Shown one piece after another: positions 9,217-17,982 of a DNA stretch of 22,512 nt. The position numbers were made by a program, and so were the translations under genes. The DNA comes from an uncultured bacterium (GTDB lineage: Bacteria > CSSED10-310 > CAZUFC01), in NCBI GenBank assembly GCA_964619725.1, contig CAZUFC010000129.1:1-22512 (forward strand), in the 5' to 3' direction. The number at the start of each line of letters is the position of its first letter. Position 1 is the stretch's first letter. The notes under the pieces were generated by a model. That model had not been told where the DNA came from. It saw nothing but the letters and a program-made list of their open reading frames with translations, and did not search any database.

Positions 9217-9258
9217 AAAAAAACGGATAACGCCCTGAAAAGCTCAAGGCATTATCCG
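9217..9258 (-). terminator. Intrinsic terminator of the collagen-like gene
   Basis: Minus strand CGGATAATGCCTTGA-GCTTT-TCAGGGCGTTATCCG followed by TTTTTTT, ~35 nt after the stop. Confidence 0.8.
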
Positions 9259-9291
9259 CTGTAAACTGTTAAGAGTAGCCCTAATAAAGAA

Positions 9292-10830
9292 CTACTTACC
9301 GTAGACGATCATACTTTCGTAGTAGGCATCAGATATGGGATTTCCGCTTCTGACGCTGTTCGCGCCGTATACTTCGAGGAGTATATCCGAGCTGAAGTCG
9401 ACGTCTGCTGATGTCAATGCTTCAACGAATGTTACGGTGTTGTAGAATCCGAAATAGTCGGGACAGCAGGCGAATCCGCCGCTGGTGTTCTCCACGGTGG
9501 TGGAATTGACCTTGAGCTGCAGATTTCCCCAGGACTGATTGGCGCCTCCTCCGGCTCCGTTGGTTCTGCCTCTGACTATTATCAGCATCTCTTCCTGCAG
9601 AGTTCCGGCCGGTATGGTGTGACTGTGCAGAAGCGTCCAACCAGTGGTGCCGGTGGACGCCCCGCTGCTGTCCCTGTAGATAAGTTGAAGCGCTGCACCC
9701 GAACCGGAGGCGGCTGTCGTTTGCAAAGTCCCGTCGGGGAACTTTACGCCGCCGCTTAATGATTCTATCGTGCCGTCGACGGTGAGTTTTTCGCTGGGAT
9801 TCGATACGCCGATCCCGACCTTGTCCGTGGCTTTGTCGTAATGAATATTGCTGCCGCCGGCGCTCCCGGCATCGTTGTAAACGACCTGTTTGTCGCTGCC
9901 CGCCACTGGACCGGTCGGACCTGTGTCGCCCTGGGGACCTATGGGACCGGTATCGCCCTGGGGGCCTATCGGACCGGTATGACCTTGGGGACCCATAAAA
10001 CCGGTGTCGCCCTGGGGACCTGCTGGTCCGGTATGACCCTGGGGGCCTATCATGCCGGTATCACCTTGGGGACCCATAAGACCTGTGTCGCCCTGGGGAC
10101 CTGCTGGGCCTGTATCGCCCTGGGGGCCTATCGGACCGGTATGACCCTGGGGACCCATAAGACCTGTGTCGCCCTGGGGACCTACTGGGCCTGTATCGCC
10201 CTGGGGACCTATCGGACCGGTATGACCCTGGGGACCCATAAGACCTGTGTCGCCCTGGGGACCTGCTGGGCCGGTATCGCCCTGGGGACCCACCGGACCG
10301 GTATGACCCTGCGGCCCCATCGGACCTGTATCGCCCTGAGGTCCGGTCGGACCCTGTAAACCTGTCGGATCGCCTACCCACTGACCCGTTTCGTCAATGA
10401 CCACTCCATAACCCGTTATGCTTACGCTTCGGGGATTTATATCCTGATCGAAAACATCCTCGGCGTTCAGGGCATGGAATGCCTGCCCGACGCTTGTCAG
10501 CGGCAGTCTGGGCGTTTGAACCTCTCCGTCGACTTCAATCTCAAGCCAGTAATCGCCTTCAAAGTCGATATTAATCGGAGTGAAAATCCCAAGCACGACA
10601 TTGAACAATCCGCCATGCAATTCAACGTCAGGATGAACCTCCGACCAAAGCGACGTTCCGCCCGTTTCATCCTCATAAATGCTGAAAGAAAAATTGACTG
10701 TCCCGTAAACAGGGTCTCCCGCACTGTCAGTGAGAAATCCCTGATAGTTAATCTGCTGCGGTACGTCCGCCCATGCCTGAAAACTGATAAGCGCTGAAAG
10801 AACCGCAGCGCTGAAGATTGAAATTTTCAT
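9292..10830 (-). CDS. Secreted collagen-like / tail-fibre-like adhesin (512 aa)
   Basis: ATG at 10830 with AGGAGG RBS; signal peptide ending AWA; N-domain VPQQINYQGFLTDSAG...LWSE...GLFNVVLG; 51 Gly-X-Y triplets; KVGIGVSNPSEKLTVDG and FPDGTLQTTA fibre-type motifs; C-terminal globular head. Confidence 0.88.
   Translation of the reverse strand: MKISIFSAAVLSALISFQAWADVPQQINYQGFLTDSAGDPVYGTVNFSFSIYEDETGGTSLWSEVHPDVELHGGLFNVVLGIFTPINIDFEGDYWLEIEVDGEVQTPRLPLTSVGQAFHALNAEDVFDQDINPRSVSITGYGVVIDETGQWVGDPTGLQGPTGPQGDTGPMGPQGHTGPVGPQGDTGPAGPQGDTGLMGPQGHTGPIGPQGDTGPVGPQGDTGLMGPQGHTGPIGPQGDTGPAGPQGDTGLMGPQGDTGMIGPQGHTGPAGPQGDTGFMGPQGHTGPIGPQGDTGPIGPQGDTGPTGPVAGSDKQVVYNDAGSAGGSNIHYDKATDKVGIGVSNPSEKLTVDGTIESLSGGVKFPDGTLQTTAASGSGAALQLIYRDSSGASTGTTGWTLLHSHTIPAGTLQEEMLIIVRGRTNGAGGGANQSWGNLQLKVNSTTVENTSGGFACCPDYFGFYNTVTFVEALTSADVDFSSDILLEVYGANSVRSGNPISDAYYESMIVYGK
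9904..10362 (-). repeat. 27-bp coding tandem repeat (16 units of GPQ-G[D/H]T-GXX)
   Basis: Repeated CCCTGGGGACC/CCCTGGGGGCC cores on the + strand; translation gives an uninterrupted collagen helix. Confidence 0.95.
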
Positions 10831-11008
10831 CGTTAATGCCTCCTGCTTCTTATTATTTGTGAATGTTAACATTTCATTTCCCCATCCCCTCCGACGCCTT
10901 AACTAAAATATGAGCTTCATACTGCGGAGGGAATACCCTCATCATCGTTGATAACTGAAACCGCCCCGGATTGTCAAAAAAAAGGTTTTTACTGAAATTT
11001 GCTGCCTG

Positions 11009-11134
11009 TTTTGGTTTCGATTGCGATTGCGAGTGCAAACCCGATTAATATCCCGATATCGACCCCGATTATTGAAACAAACCGTCAGAAGTTTTAAAGA
11101 AGTGTAACCCCGGTTTTATCAGACCCAAAATTTT
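11009..11134 (-). repeat. Repeat family B, copy 3 (truncated at its inner end, inverted relative to 8937-9105)
   Basis: Reverse complement AAAATTTTGGGTCTGATAAAACCGGGGTTACACTTCTTTAAAACTTCTGACGGTTTGTTTCAATAATCGG... matches ~8937-9050. Confidence 0.85.
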
Positions 11135-11148
11135 AGCTGCTTCCGGGT

Positions 11149-12495
11149 TTACGGACAGGTTTTGTCTAACAATACGAGACTCTCTACGTGGCCCGTATGA
11201 GGGAAAAAATCGAATATTTCGATATGAGTCATTGAATATTCCTTTTGCAGAATTCTTAAATCTCTGGCCAGGGTTGCGGGATTGCAGGAGATATATATCA
11301 TTTTTTTCGGATTAATTTTCCTTATTATGTTTGCCGACTGCGTGCTCAGGCCGGTCCTGGGCGGGTCTATGATCAGGATATCGAAATTCCGGACATCGAG
11401 CTTTGAAAGGATTTGTTCCGCTTTGCATTCGATAAAGCTGCAATTGCGCATTTGATTGATTTTCTTATTTTCATCAGCGCATTCAATATTTTCTTTTTGA
11501 GAATCAACGCCGATAACCTCATAAGCCCGATCTGCCATACACATTTCTATGACGCCTATGCCTGAATAGAGTCCCAATAATCTCTCGCTGCCGGTAAGTC
11601 CGCTGATTTCTCCTAATTTCCCGTACATTTCGGCCGCGCCTGCAGGATTAGGCTGAAAAAAAGCTTTCGGGCGTATCCGAAATGCCAGGTTGCCGATTTT
11701 TTCAACGATATAACCTTTTCCATGAAGCAGATTCAATTTCTTTTCGACAGTCTCGAAATAGCTGAATTCATTCTCGAACACATCTTTCAACTTTTTAACC
11801 GGATTCTCAGCGGTCGTTTTTTTCAAGCCGTTCGTTTTCATGACGATCATGTATTCTCCTGTCGTTTTGCTGTGTCTCAGGATAAGCTTTCCGTCCGCAT
11901 GGAAGCGATTATTAAAGACCTTGCCGCTTTTTACAAAATTTCTGAGATAATCAAGAAACACGGGAATCATTTTTTTCAATTCAGGAGCGAATACAGGGCA
12001 TTCGCTAACAGGAACGACGTCATGCTTGAAATTCTGCATCGGATTAATTCTTTTCATTAAGCCCAGTGCCGGCGAATCCGTCTCGGCGAAGAATCTCAAC
12101 GTCAGTTTACTGCGGTAGAAGAATTGATTCGGCGAGGGGGTAATATGAACTTCATCATGTTTCGGAATTTTTATTCCGCCGATTCTTTTAAGTGATTGCA
12201 GCACATGATTTTTTTTCAATTCCAGTTGTTGGGAGTATGTCAGGTTCTGAAGCGTACACCCTCCGCAGAATTCAAAGTGAGGGCAGCGCGGATTAACTCT
12301 GTGTGGAGAAGGTTCTATGATATCAACGAGCTTTGCATAGGCGAAATTTTTCTTTTTTTTAACTATTCGAACCAGCGCTGTATCGCCTACGACGGTTGAG
12401 GGAACAAAGACGGCATAACCCTCAATTTTTCCGACTCCATATTGATCGGGAAAGGCGATATCCTCGATTTTCAGCGTCGCATAATTTTCTTCCAT
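11149..12495 (-). CDS. rlmD: 23S rRNA (uracil-C5)-methyltransferase RlmD/RumA family
   Basis: TRAM domain, [4Fe-4S] motif CPHFEFCGGC, AFFQPN, LYSGIG, DPPRTGL, YISCNPATLARD, DFFPHTGHVES. Start placed at MEENY (GGAG upstream); 12516 is an alternative. Confidence 0.92.
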   Translation of the reverse strand: MEENYATLKIEDIAFPDQYGVGKIEGYAVFVPSTVVGDTALVRIVKKKKNFAYAKLVDIIEPSPHRVNPRCPHFEFCGGCTLQNLTYSQQLELKKNHVLQSLKRIGGIKIPKHDEVHITPSPNQFFYRSKLTLRFFAETDSPALGLMKRINPMQNFKHDVVPVSECPVFAPELKKMIPVFLDYLRNFVKSGKVFNNRFHADGKLILRHSKTTGEYMIVMKTNGLKKTTAENPVKKLKDVFENEFSYFETVEKKLNLLHGKGYIVEKIGNLAFRIRPKAFFQPNPAGAAEMYGKLGEISGLTGSERLLGLYSGIGVIEMCMADRAYEVIGVDSQKENIECADENKKINQMRNCSFIECKAEQILSKLDVRNFDILIIDPPRTGLSTQSANIIRKINPKKMIYISCNPATLARDLRILQKEYSMTHIEIFDFFPHTGHVESLVLLDKTCP

Positions 12496-12627
12496 GGTGT
12501 TCCGCTCCATCGTCATTCAATATTTTAACAGCTTCATCAAGGTTCAAGAAGCTTGAAACAGCCAAAAGATGAAGATCGAGGGAAAAAGGTTGAAACTTGT
12601 CGTCTCATTTTGATTCTAATAGAATAG

Positions 12628-12649
12628 AATTCGAAAAGTATTTCGAATT
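12628..12649. promoter_or_regulatory. Palindromic candidate operator upstream of the pdh operon
   Basis: AATTCGAAA-AGTA-TTTCGAATT perfect 9-bp arms beside a TAGAAT hexamer, in the divergent rlmD/pdhA gap. Confidence 0.45.
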
Positions 12650-12746
12650 TGAACTGAACCTGTTTGAAGCAATTTTGAATGTTGGGTGAAACAGAGGATA
12701 TACTGGAGAGAAACAAACTTCAGCAAGGAAAGAGAGGGAAGCAGCA

Positions 12747-13838
12747 ATGCCGTCGAAAAAGATCGAGGATTTCAGCATCACTCATCTTGAAGTATTGGAT
12801 GAAGAAGGGAATGTCGACCAGGAGCTTGAGCCGGATTTAAGCGACGAGAAGCTGTGGGAGCTTTACGGTCACATGGCGTTTGCTCGCAAGAGCGACGAAC
12901 GCATGTTGAATCTGCAGCGTCAGGGAAGAATCGGAACATTCGGACCTGCGACGGGACAGGAGGCTTCGGCATGCGGTTCCGTGTTCGCTTTATCTGAGAA
13001 GGACTGGGTAGTCTTCGCTTTTCGTGAACTGGGGGCTCAGTTAATGCGAGGAGCGTCATTGACGAACATTTTGCTTATGTATAACGGTTACGAAGAGGGC
13101 AACGTGATCCCGAAAGGCGGCAGGACTTTGCCCATGTCGATCATAGTGGGTTCGCAACTGCCGCATGCCGCCGGCATAGGATACGCCATGAAATACAAGG
13201 GGGAGAAGGATTCTGCCGTCATCGTATATTTCGGAGACGGAGCGACCTCCCAGGGTGATTTTCACGAGGCGTTAAATTTTGCAGCGGTTTGGGACGCTCC
13301 GGTTATATTTTTGTGCCAGAACAATCAATGGGCTATCTCAGTTCCCAGAACTAAGCAAACCCGGTCGAAAACGCTGGCCCAGAAAGCGCTGGCTTACGGC
13401 ATTCCCGGAGTGCAAGTCGACGGAAACGATGTGCTGGCCGTTTACAGGGCCGTATCAGATGCGAAAAAGCGCGCTTATGAAGGCAAAGGACCGACGCTCA
13501 TAGAAGCGGAAACCTATCGGTTAATGATGCATACCACCGCTGACGATCCGACTAAATACAGAAAACAGGAAGACGTTGACGAATGGTGGAAAAAAGAACC
13601 GTTGACCAGGTTCAGAAAATACCTCGAGAAGAAGGGAATCTGGACGGAAGAGAAAGAAAAAGAGCTGCAAGATAGCGTTAAAAAGAGAATCGACGAAGCC
13701 GTAAAGGAACTGGAATCAGAGCACGACTTTAAACCTGACTCATCGTTCGATCATGTGTTCGGGACATCGCATGACGAAATCGAGCAGCAGAGGAAGGAAT
13801 TTTTGGAGGAGCTGCGAAAGGAGGCCGACAATGGCTAA
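12747..13838 (+). CDS. pdhA: Pyruvate (2-oxoacid) dehydrogenase E1 alpha subunit
   Basis: LQRQGRIGTF, GQEA, TPP motif GDGATSQGDFHEALN...NNQWAIS, HTTADDP. Substrate (pyruvate vs branched-chain) is not certain. Confidence 0.92.
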   Translation: MPSKKIEDFSITHLEVLDEEGNVDQELEPDLSDEKLWELYGHMAFARKSDERMLNLQRQGRIGTFGPATGQEASACGSVFALSEKDWVVFAFRELGAQLMRGASLTNILLMYNGYEEGNVIPKGGRTLPMSIIVGSQLPHAAGIGYAMKYKGEKDSAVIVYFGDGATSQGDFHEALNFAAVWDAPVIFLCQNNQWAISVPRTKQTRSKTLAQKALAYGIPGVQVDGNDVLAVYRAVSDAKKRAYEGKGPTLIEAETYRLMMHTTADDPTKYRKQEDVDEWWKKEPLTRFRKYLEKKGIWTEEKEKELQDSVKKRIDEAVKELESEHDFKPDSSFDHVFGTSHDEIEQQRKEFLEELRKEADNG

Positions 13839-14811
13839 GTTGAACATGGTGCAGGCGATAGCGTTGGCTCTTGACCAGGAAATGTCCGCTGATGAGGATG
13901 TTGTAGTATTGGGAGAAGATGTCGGCATGGATGAAGGCGTTTTTCGCGCTACTGCAGGATTATTCAAAAAATACGGAGAGAAACGGGTTATTGATACTCC
14001 TCTCGCAGAATCCTCAATCCTGGGCACATCCATAGGCATGGCGCTGGCAGGTTTGAAACCTGTCGCTGAGATGCAGTTTTCGGGATTCTCCTACCTGATG
14101 TTCGCTCAACTGGAAGGACATGCCTCGCGATATCGTTCAAGGTCCCAGGGGCAATGGAACGTTCCCCTGGTTGTGCGTATGCCGTACGGCGGCGGCGTCA
14201 GGGCCCTGGAACATCACTCCGAAAGCAGAGAATCCTTCTACAGTCATATACCGGGCGTCAAAGTGGTAATTCCCTCAACGCCGAGAAACGCCAGGGCGCT
14301 TCTCGTCGCTTCGATACGCGATCCCGATCCGGTCGTTTTCATGGAACCGAAAAGAAGCTACCGAGCTTTCCGGGAAGAGGTGCCGGAGGAAGAAGAGGTA
14401 ATGGAAATCGGAAAGGCTCAAGTTGTGCAGGAAGGCGACGACATTACCGTCGTCTCCTGGGGCGCCATGATGAAATTGACTCAGAAAGCAATAACCGAGA
14501 TGCAGGAAAAAGAGGGATTGTCCGTGGAGCTCATCGACCTTTTGACTATTGCGCCTATGGATGGAACGACCATTGTCGATTCTGTCAAAAAAACAGGGCG
14601 TTGCGTGGTTGTGCAGGAAGCTCCCAAATCACTCGGTCCGGCATCAGAGATCATAGCCCGCATTAACGACCGGGCTTTGCTTTATCTGGAGGCTCCCGTC
14701 AAACGCGTTTCAAGCTATGATGTGGTCACCCCTTATTTCGGCAGAGAATTGAGGTATATGCCGAATGAAGGCAGAATACAGAGAGCCGTCAGGGATACGC
14801 TGGATTTTTAA
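13831..14811 (+). CDS. pdhB: Pyruvate (2-oxoacid) dehydrogenase E1 beta subunit
   Basis: Start MAKLNMVQAI at 13831 with AGGAGG RBS; GEDVG, DTPLAES, EMQFSGF, EHHSES. Confidence 0.93.
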   Translation: MAKLNMVQAIALALDQEMSADEDVVVLGEDVGMDEGVFRATAGLFKKYGEKRVIDTPLAESSILGTSIGMALAGLKPVAEMQFSGFSYLMFAQLEGHASRYRSRSQGQWNVPLVVRMPYGGGVRALEHHSESRESFYSHIPGVKVVIPSTPRNARALLVASIRDPDPVVFMEPKRSYRAFREEVPEEEEVMEIGKAQVVQEGDDITVVSWGAMMKLTQKAITEMQEKEGLSVELIDLLTIAPMDGTTIVDSVKKTGRCVVVQEAPKSLGPASEIIARINDRALLYLEAPVKRVSSYDVVTPYFGRELRYMPNEGRIQRAVRDTLDF

Positions 14812-14928
14812 CACATAAGAGGGGTTTTGCGTTGAATCATATAAAGGTCCGGCATGTTGAATCTGACGGCGCGATAGCGCATATGGAAATATAATTTATA
14901 CTTTACTTGGAATTTCAAGGAGGCGGTT

Positions 14929-16269
14929 ATGTTTGAATTTAAACTCCCGGATTTGGGAGAGGGGATACAGGAAGGCGAAATTCTGAAATGGCATGTGAGC
15001 GAAGGCGATATGGTAAAGGAAGACCAGGCGCTGGTTGATGTGGAAACGGACAAGGCTGCCGTTACTATTCCTTCGCCGAGGGAAGGCAAAATTTCGGCAT
15101 TGAACGGTGAAGTTGGCGATATGGTTACGGTAGGACAGGTCGTAGCTGTTTTTGACGGTCAACTTGAAGGTCCGGCTGAAAAGGAAGCAGAAAAAGAGAA
15201 AGCCCCGGCTGAAGCGAAAGGTCCTGAACCCGAAAAGCCGGCGGTGAAGAAGAAGGAAGTTGAGGAAAAGGAAGAAAAAAAAGAAGAGGTTAAAGAACGT
15301 TCGAAAAGACCTGTTCCTGCAGCGCCTGCGACGAGGCGACTTGCCCGTGAAATGGGTATAGATATCCGAATGGTGAAGGCGACCGGCCCAGCAGGAAGAG
15401 TAACGGTGGAAGATGTAAAAAGGCATGCGGAAAAAGGCGAACCCGAAAAGCCGGAGGAAAAGGCAGCTCCCGCTGAAACCGCTCCTGAAACCGAATACGC
15501 TGCTCATGCCGCTTCAGCCATTCCTTATCTTGATATAGAGCCGCTGCCCGATTTTACGGAATGGGGACCTGTCGAAACCGCCCCCTTGCGGTCCATACGG
15601 CGTCGCGTCGCTCATAAAATGGTGACCTCCATGACGTTGATTCCTCATGTGGCCCACATGGATGAAGCTGACGTCACATTGCTGGAAGAATTTCGCAACA
15701 AGGAAAAGGAACGGCGCAAAGGGCAGCCCGGCGGAAGGCTGACTCTGCTGGCATTCGTCATGAAAGCGGTTACCGCTGGATTAAAGGCCGCTCCATCCTT
15801 CAACGCCAGCCTGGACCCTTTCAAGGACGAAATAATCTACAAAAAATACTACAATATCGGAATCGCCGTGGATACGGGGCGAGGCCTGATCGTGCCGGTT
15901 GTAAAAGATACGGACAGAAAAAGCATCTTGCAGGTTTCACAGGAAATCGAGGATGTAGCCCGACGCGCCAGGGACGGTGAAATCGACCTGGCGGAACTCA
16001 AGGGCGGGACCTTTACGATCACGAATATAGGTCCGGTGGGCGGCACGGCGCTGATTGCAGCCATCAATTATCCTGAAGTCGCCATACTGGGAATGGGCAG
16101 AGTCCAGGAAAAACCTGTCGTCAGAGACGGGGAGATAGTGATAAGGAAGATACTTCCTTTAACTTTATCCTTCGATCATCGCATTACCGATGGAGCAGAT
16201 GCGGCAAGGTTCGTCAGGGAGCTCGCCAGGCAGTTGTCCGATCCCAATCTTTTGTTGCTGGAAACGTAA
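14929..16269 (+). CDS. pdhC: Dihydrolipoamide acyltransferase E2 (single lipoyl domain)
   Basis: Lipoyl motif ETDKA, E3-binding PATRRLAREMGID, catalytic SFDHRITDGA. Confidence 0.93.
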   Translation: MFEFKLPDLGEGIQEGEILKWHVSEGDMVKEDQALVDVETDKAAVTIPSPREGKISALNGEVGDMVTVGQVVAVFDGQLEGPAEKEAEKEKAPAEAKGPEPEKPAVKKKEVEEKEEKKEEVKERSKRPVPAAPATRRLAREMGIDIRMVKATGPAGRVTVEDVKRHAEKGEPEKPEEKAAPAETAPETEYAAHAASAIPYLDIEPLPDFTEWGPVETAPLRSIRRRVAHKMVTSMTLIPHVAHMDEADVTLLEEFRNKEKERRKGQPGGRLTLLAFVMKAVTAGLKAAPSFNASLDPFKDEIIYKKYYNIGIAVDTGRGLIVPVVKDTDRKSILQVSQEIEDVARRARDGEIDLAELKGGTFTITNIGPVGGTALIAAINYPEVAILGMGRVQEKPVVRDGEIVIRKILPLTLSFDHRITDGADAARFVRELARQLSDPNLLLLET

Positions 16270-16283
16270 AAGGAGTGTTTATC

Positions 16284-17705
16284 ATGGTAATGGGCAGTTT
16301 AAGAGAAGAAACGGAAGTAGCGGTAATCGGGGCAGGGCCGGGAGGATACGTGGCTGCGATCAGAGCCGCAGACCTGGGCAAAGAAGTTCTGCTGATAGAC
16401 GACAATGATCGGCCGGGTGGCGTGTGTCTGCTGGAAGGCTGCATTCCCTCCAAGACGCTGATTCATGCGGTTGAAGTAATTAATTCCGCCAGGGATGCCG
16501 GGCGCTTCGGCATCAGTTTCGGTGAGCACAGCGTCGATCTGAAAAAATTACGTGAATGGACGGACTCAGTGGTCGGAGACCTTACGAACGGCATCAAAAG
16601 TCTGCTGAAACGCCGGGGTATAGAAGTCATTAAGGGTAAAGCGGTGTTCGACGGCGCCAAATCGCTGGCCATTGAAGGGGCCGACGTATCAGGGATAGAC
16701 TTTCGGAAATGCATTATTGCAGCAGGTTCGAGGATAAACGAAATACCGCCGGCTTACAAACAGCCTGTCTGGTCGTCTGCGGAAGCGCTGAAATTGCCTG
16801 AAATTCCCGAAAGACTGATAGTCGTCGGCGGCGGGTATATCGGACTGGAAATGGGACTGGTCTATGCCGGATTAGGAACGAAAATTACCGTGGTTGAATT
16901 CTCGCCTGCTTTGCTGGGAGGCGCTGATCAGGACCTGGTTAAAGTTGTCCTTAAACATTGCAAAAAAAGATTTCATGATATTCTCTTCGAATCAAAAGTG
17001 ACGGGAATTGAAAAAACGTCGAACGGTTTCGCTGTGGAAGTCGAGCACAAGGATAAAACCGAAAAATTAGAAACTGACCAGGTTCTGGTGGCAGTAGGCC
17101 GAAAACCGAATACAGACCGCCTGAGACTGGAAAAAACAAAAATTACTCCCAACGATCACGGATTCATAGAAACGGATGAAGAATGCCGGACGGCAGAACC
17201 GGATATTTTCGCCATAGGTGATGTCGCTACGGGACCCATGCTGGCTCATAAGGCGAGCCGTGAGGGAAAAGTGGCGGCTGAAGTAATAGCTGAACATAAA
17301 TCGGCTTTCGATAACAGGGCCATTCCCGCTGTGGTCTTCACTGAACCGGAACTGGCCTGGGCAGGACTGACCGAAACGGAAGCCGCTCAACAAAATATAA
17401 AAGTGAACGTAGGAAGATTTCCCCTGAAAGCGTTGGGCAGAGCACGTTCTCTGGGACAGACCGACGGCTTCGTTAAGGTCATTTCAGAACCTGAAACCAA
17501 CCTGGTCCTGGGCGTAGGAATGGTCGGCCCACAAGTTTCAGACCTCATTGCGGAAGGCGCCCTGGCCCTCGAAATGGGCGCTGCGCTCGAAGATATCATG
17601 GTCACCATTCATCCCCACCCCACACTCTCTGAAGCCCTCATGGAAGCCGCTGAAGTAGCTGCAGGCGCCCCAGTTCACATAGCGCCTCAAAAAAAGAAAA
17701 AATAA
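16284..17705 (+). CDS. lpdA: Dihydrolipoyl dehydrogenase E3
   Basis: GAGPGGY, redox GGVCLLEGCIPSK, GGGYIGLE, HPHPTLSE; AGGAG RBS before ATG 16284. Confidence 0.95.
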   Translation: MVMGSLREETEVAVIGAGPGGYVAAIRAADLGKEVLLIDDNDRPGGVCLLEGCIPSKTLIHAVEVINSARDAGRFGISFGEHSVDLKKLREWTDSVVGDLTNGIKSLLKRRGIEVIKGKAVFDGAKSLAIEGADVSGIDFRKCIIAAGSRINEIPPAYKQPVWSSAEALKLPEIPERLIVVGGGYIGLEMGLVYAGLGTKITVVEFSPALLGGADQDLVKVVLKHCKKRFHDILFESKVTGIEKTSNGFAVEVEHKDKTEKLETDQVLVAVGRKPNTDRLRLEKTKITPNDHGFIETDEECRTAEPDIFAIGDVATGPMLAHKASREGKVAAEVIAEHKSAFDNRAIPAVVFTEPELAWAGLTETEAAQQNIKVNVGRFPLKALGRARSLGQTDGFVKVISEPETNLVLGVGMVGPQVSDLIAEGALALEMGAALEDIMVTIHPHPTLSEALMEAAEVAAGAPVHIAPQKKKK

Positions 17706-17860
17706 TAAGGTCGTTCAAAAGAGTAATAAAAAAATATGTAAGGTATGAAACGGCATCCATTTGTTGCCGCCATCCAATCAGTCACTGTTCCGGCCAAAGA
17801 ATCGCTTCAAACGCAATCCGTCAATAAAATGCCCATAGTTACAGCAAGGCAACCCATACA

Positions 17861-17916
17861 TCCAATCTTCAACCCGATCCTCCAATCCTCCACTCTTCCA
17901 ATCTTCCCGTCTTCCC
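17861..17916 (+). repeat. Degenerate octamer tandem repeat (consensus TCCAATCT)
   Basis: Units TCCAATCT, CCCGATCC, TCCAATCC, TCCACTCT, TCCAATCT, TCCCGTCT. Confidence 0.6.
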
Positions 17917-17982
17917 CCGGAACCGATTACGAGTCTTTAATGGAGCCAACCCTGTTTGAACAGTTCACGAATTTCTGGTCAT

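Noticed and set aside
9841..10381. Repetitive alternative-frame ORFs (172 aa +, 106 aa -)
   Set aside because: Shadow frames of the GC-rich collagen repeat.
9292..10830. Prophage tail fibre or DGR target
   Set aside because: It has a Sec signal peptide and its own promoter and terminator. No phage genes, reverse transcriptase or template-repeat copy of the 3' end are seen in the window.
12778..17608. Numerous antisense and alternative-frame ORFs inside the pdh operon
   Set aside because: They overlap well-supported conserved genes and have no motifs of their own.
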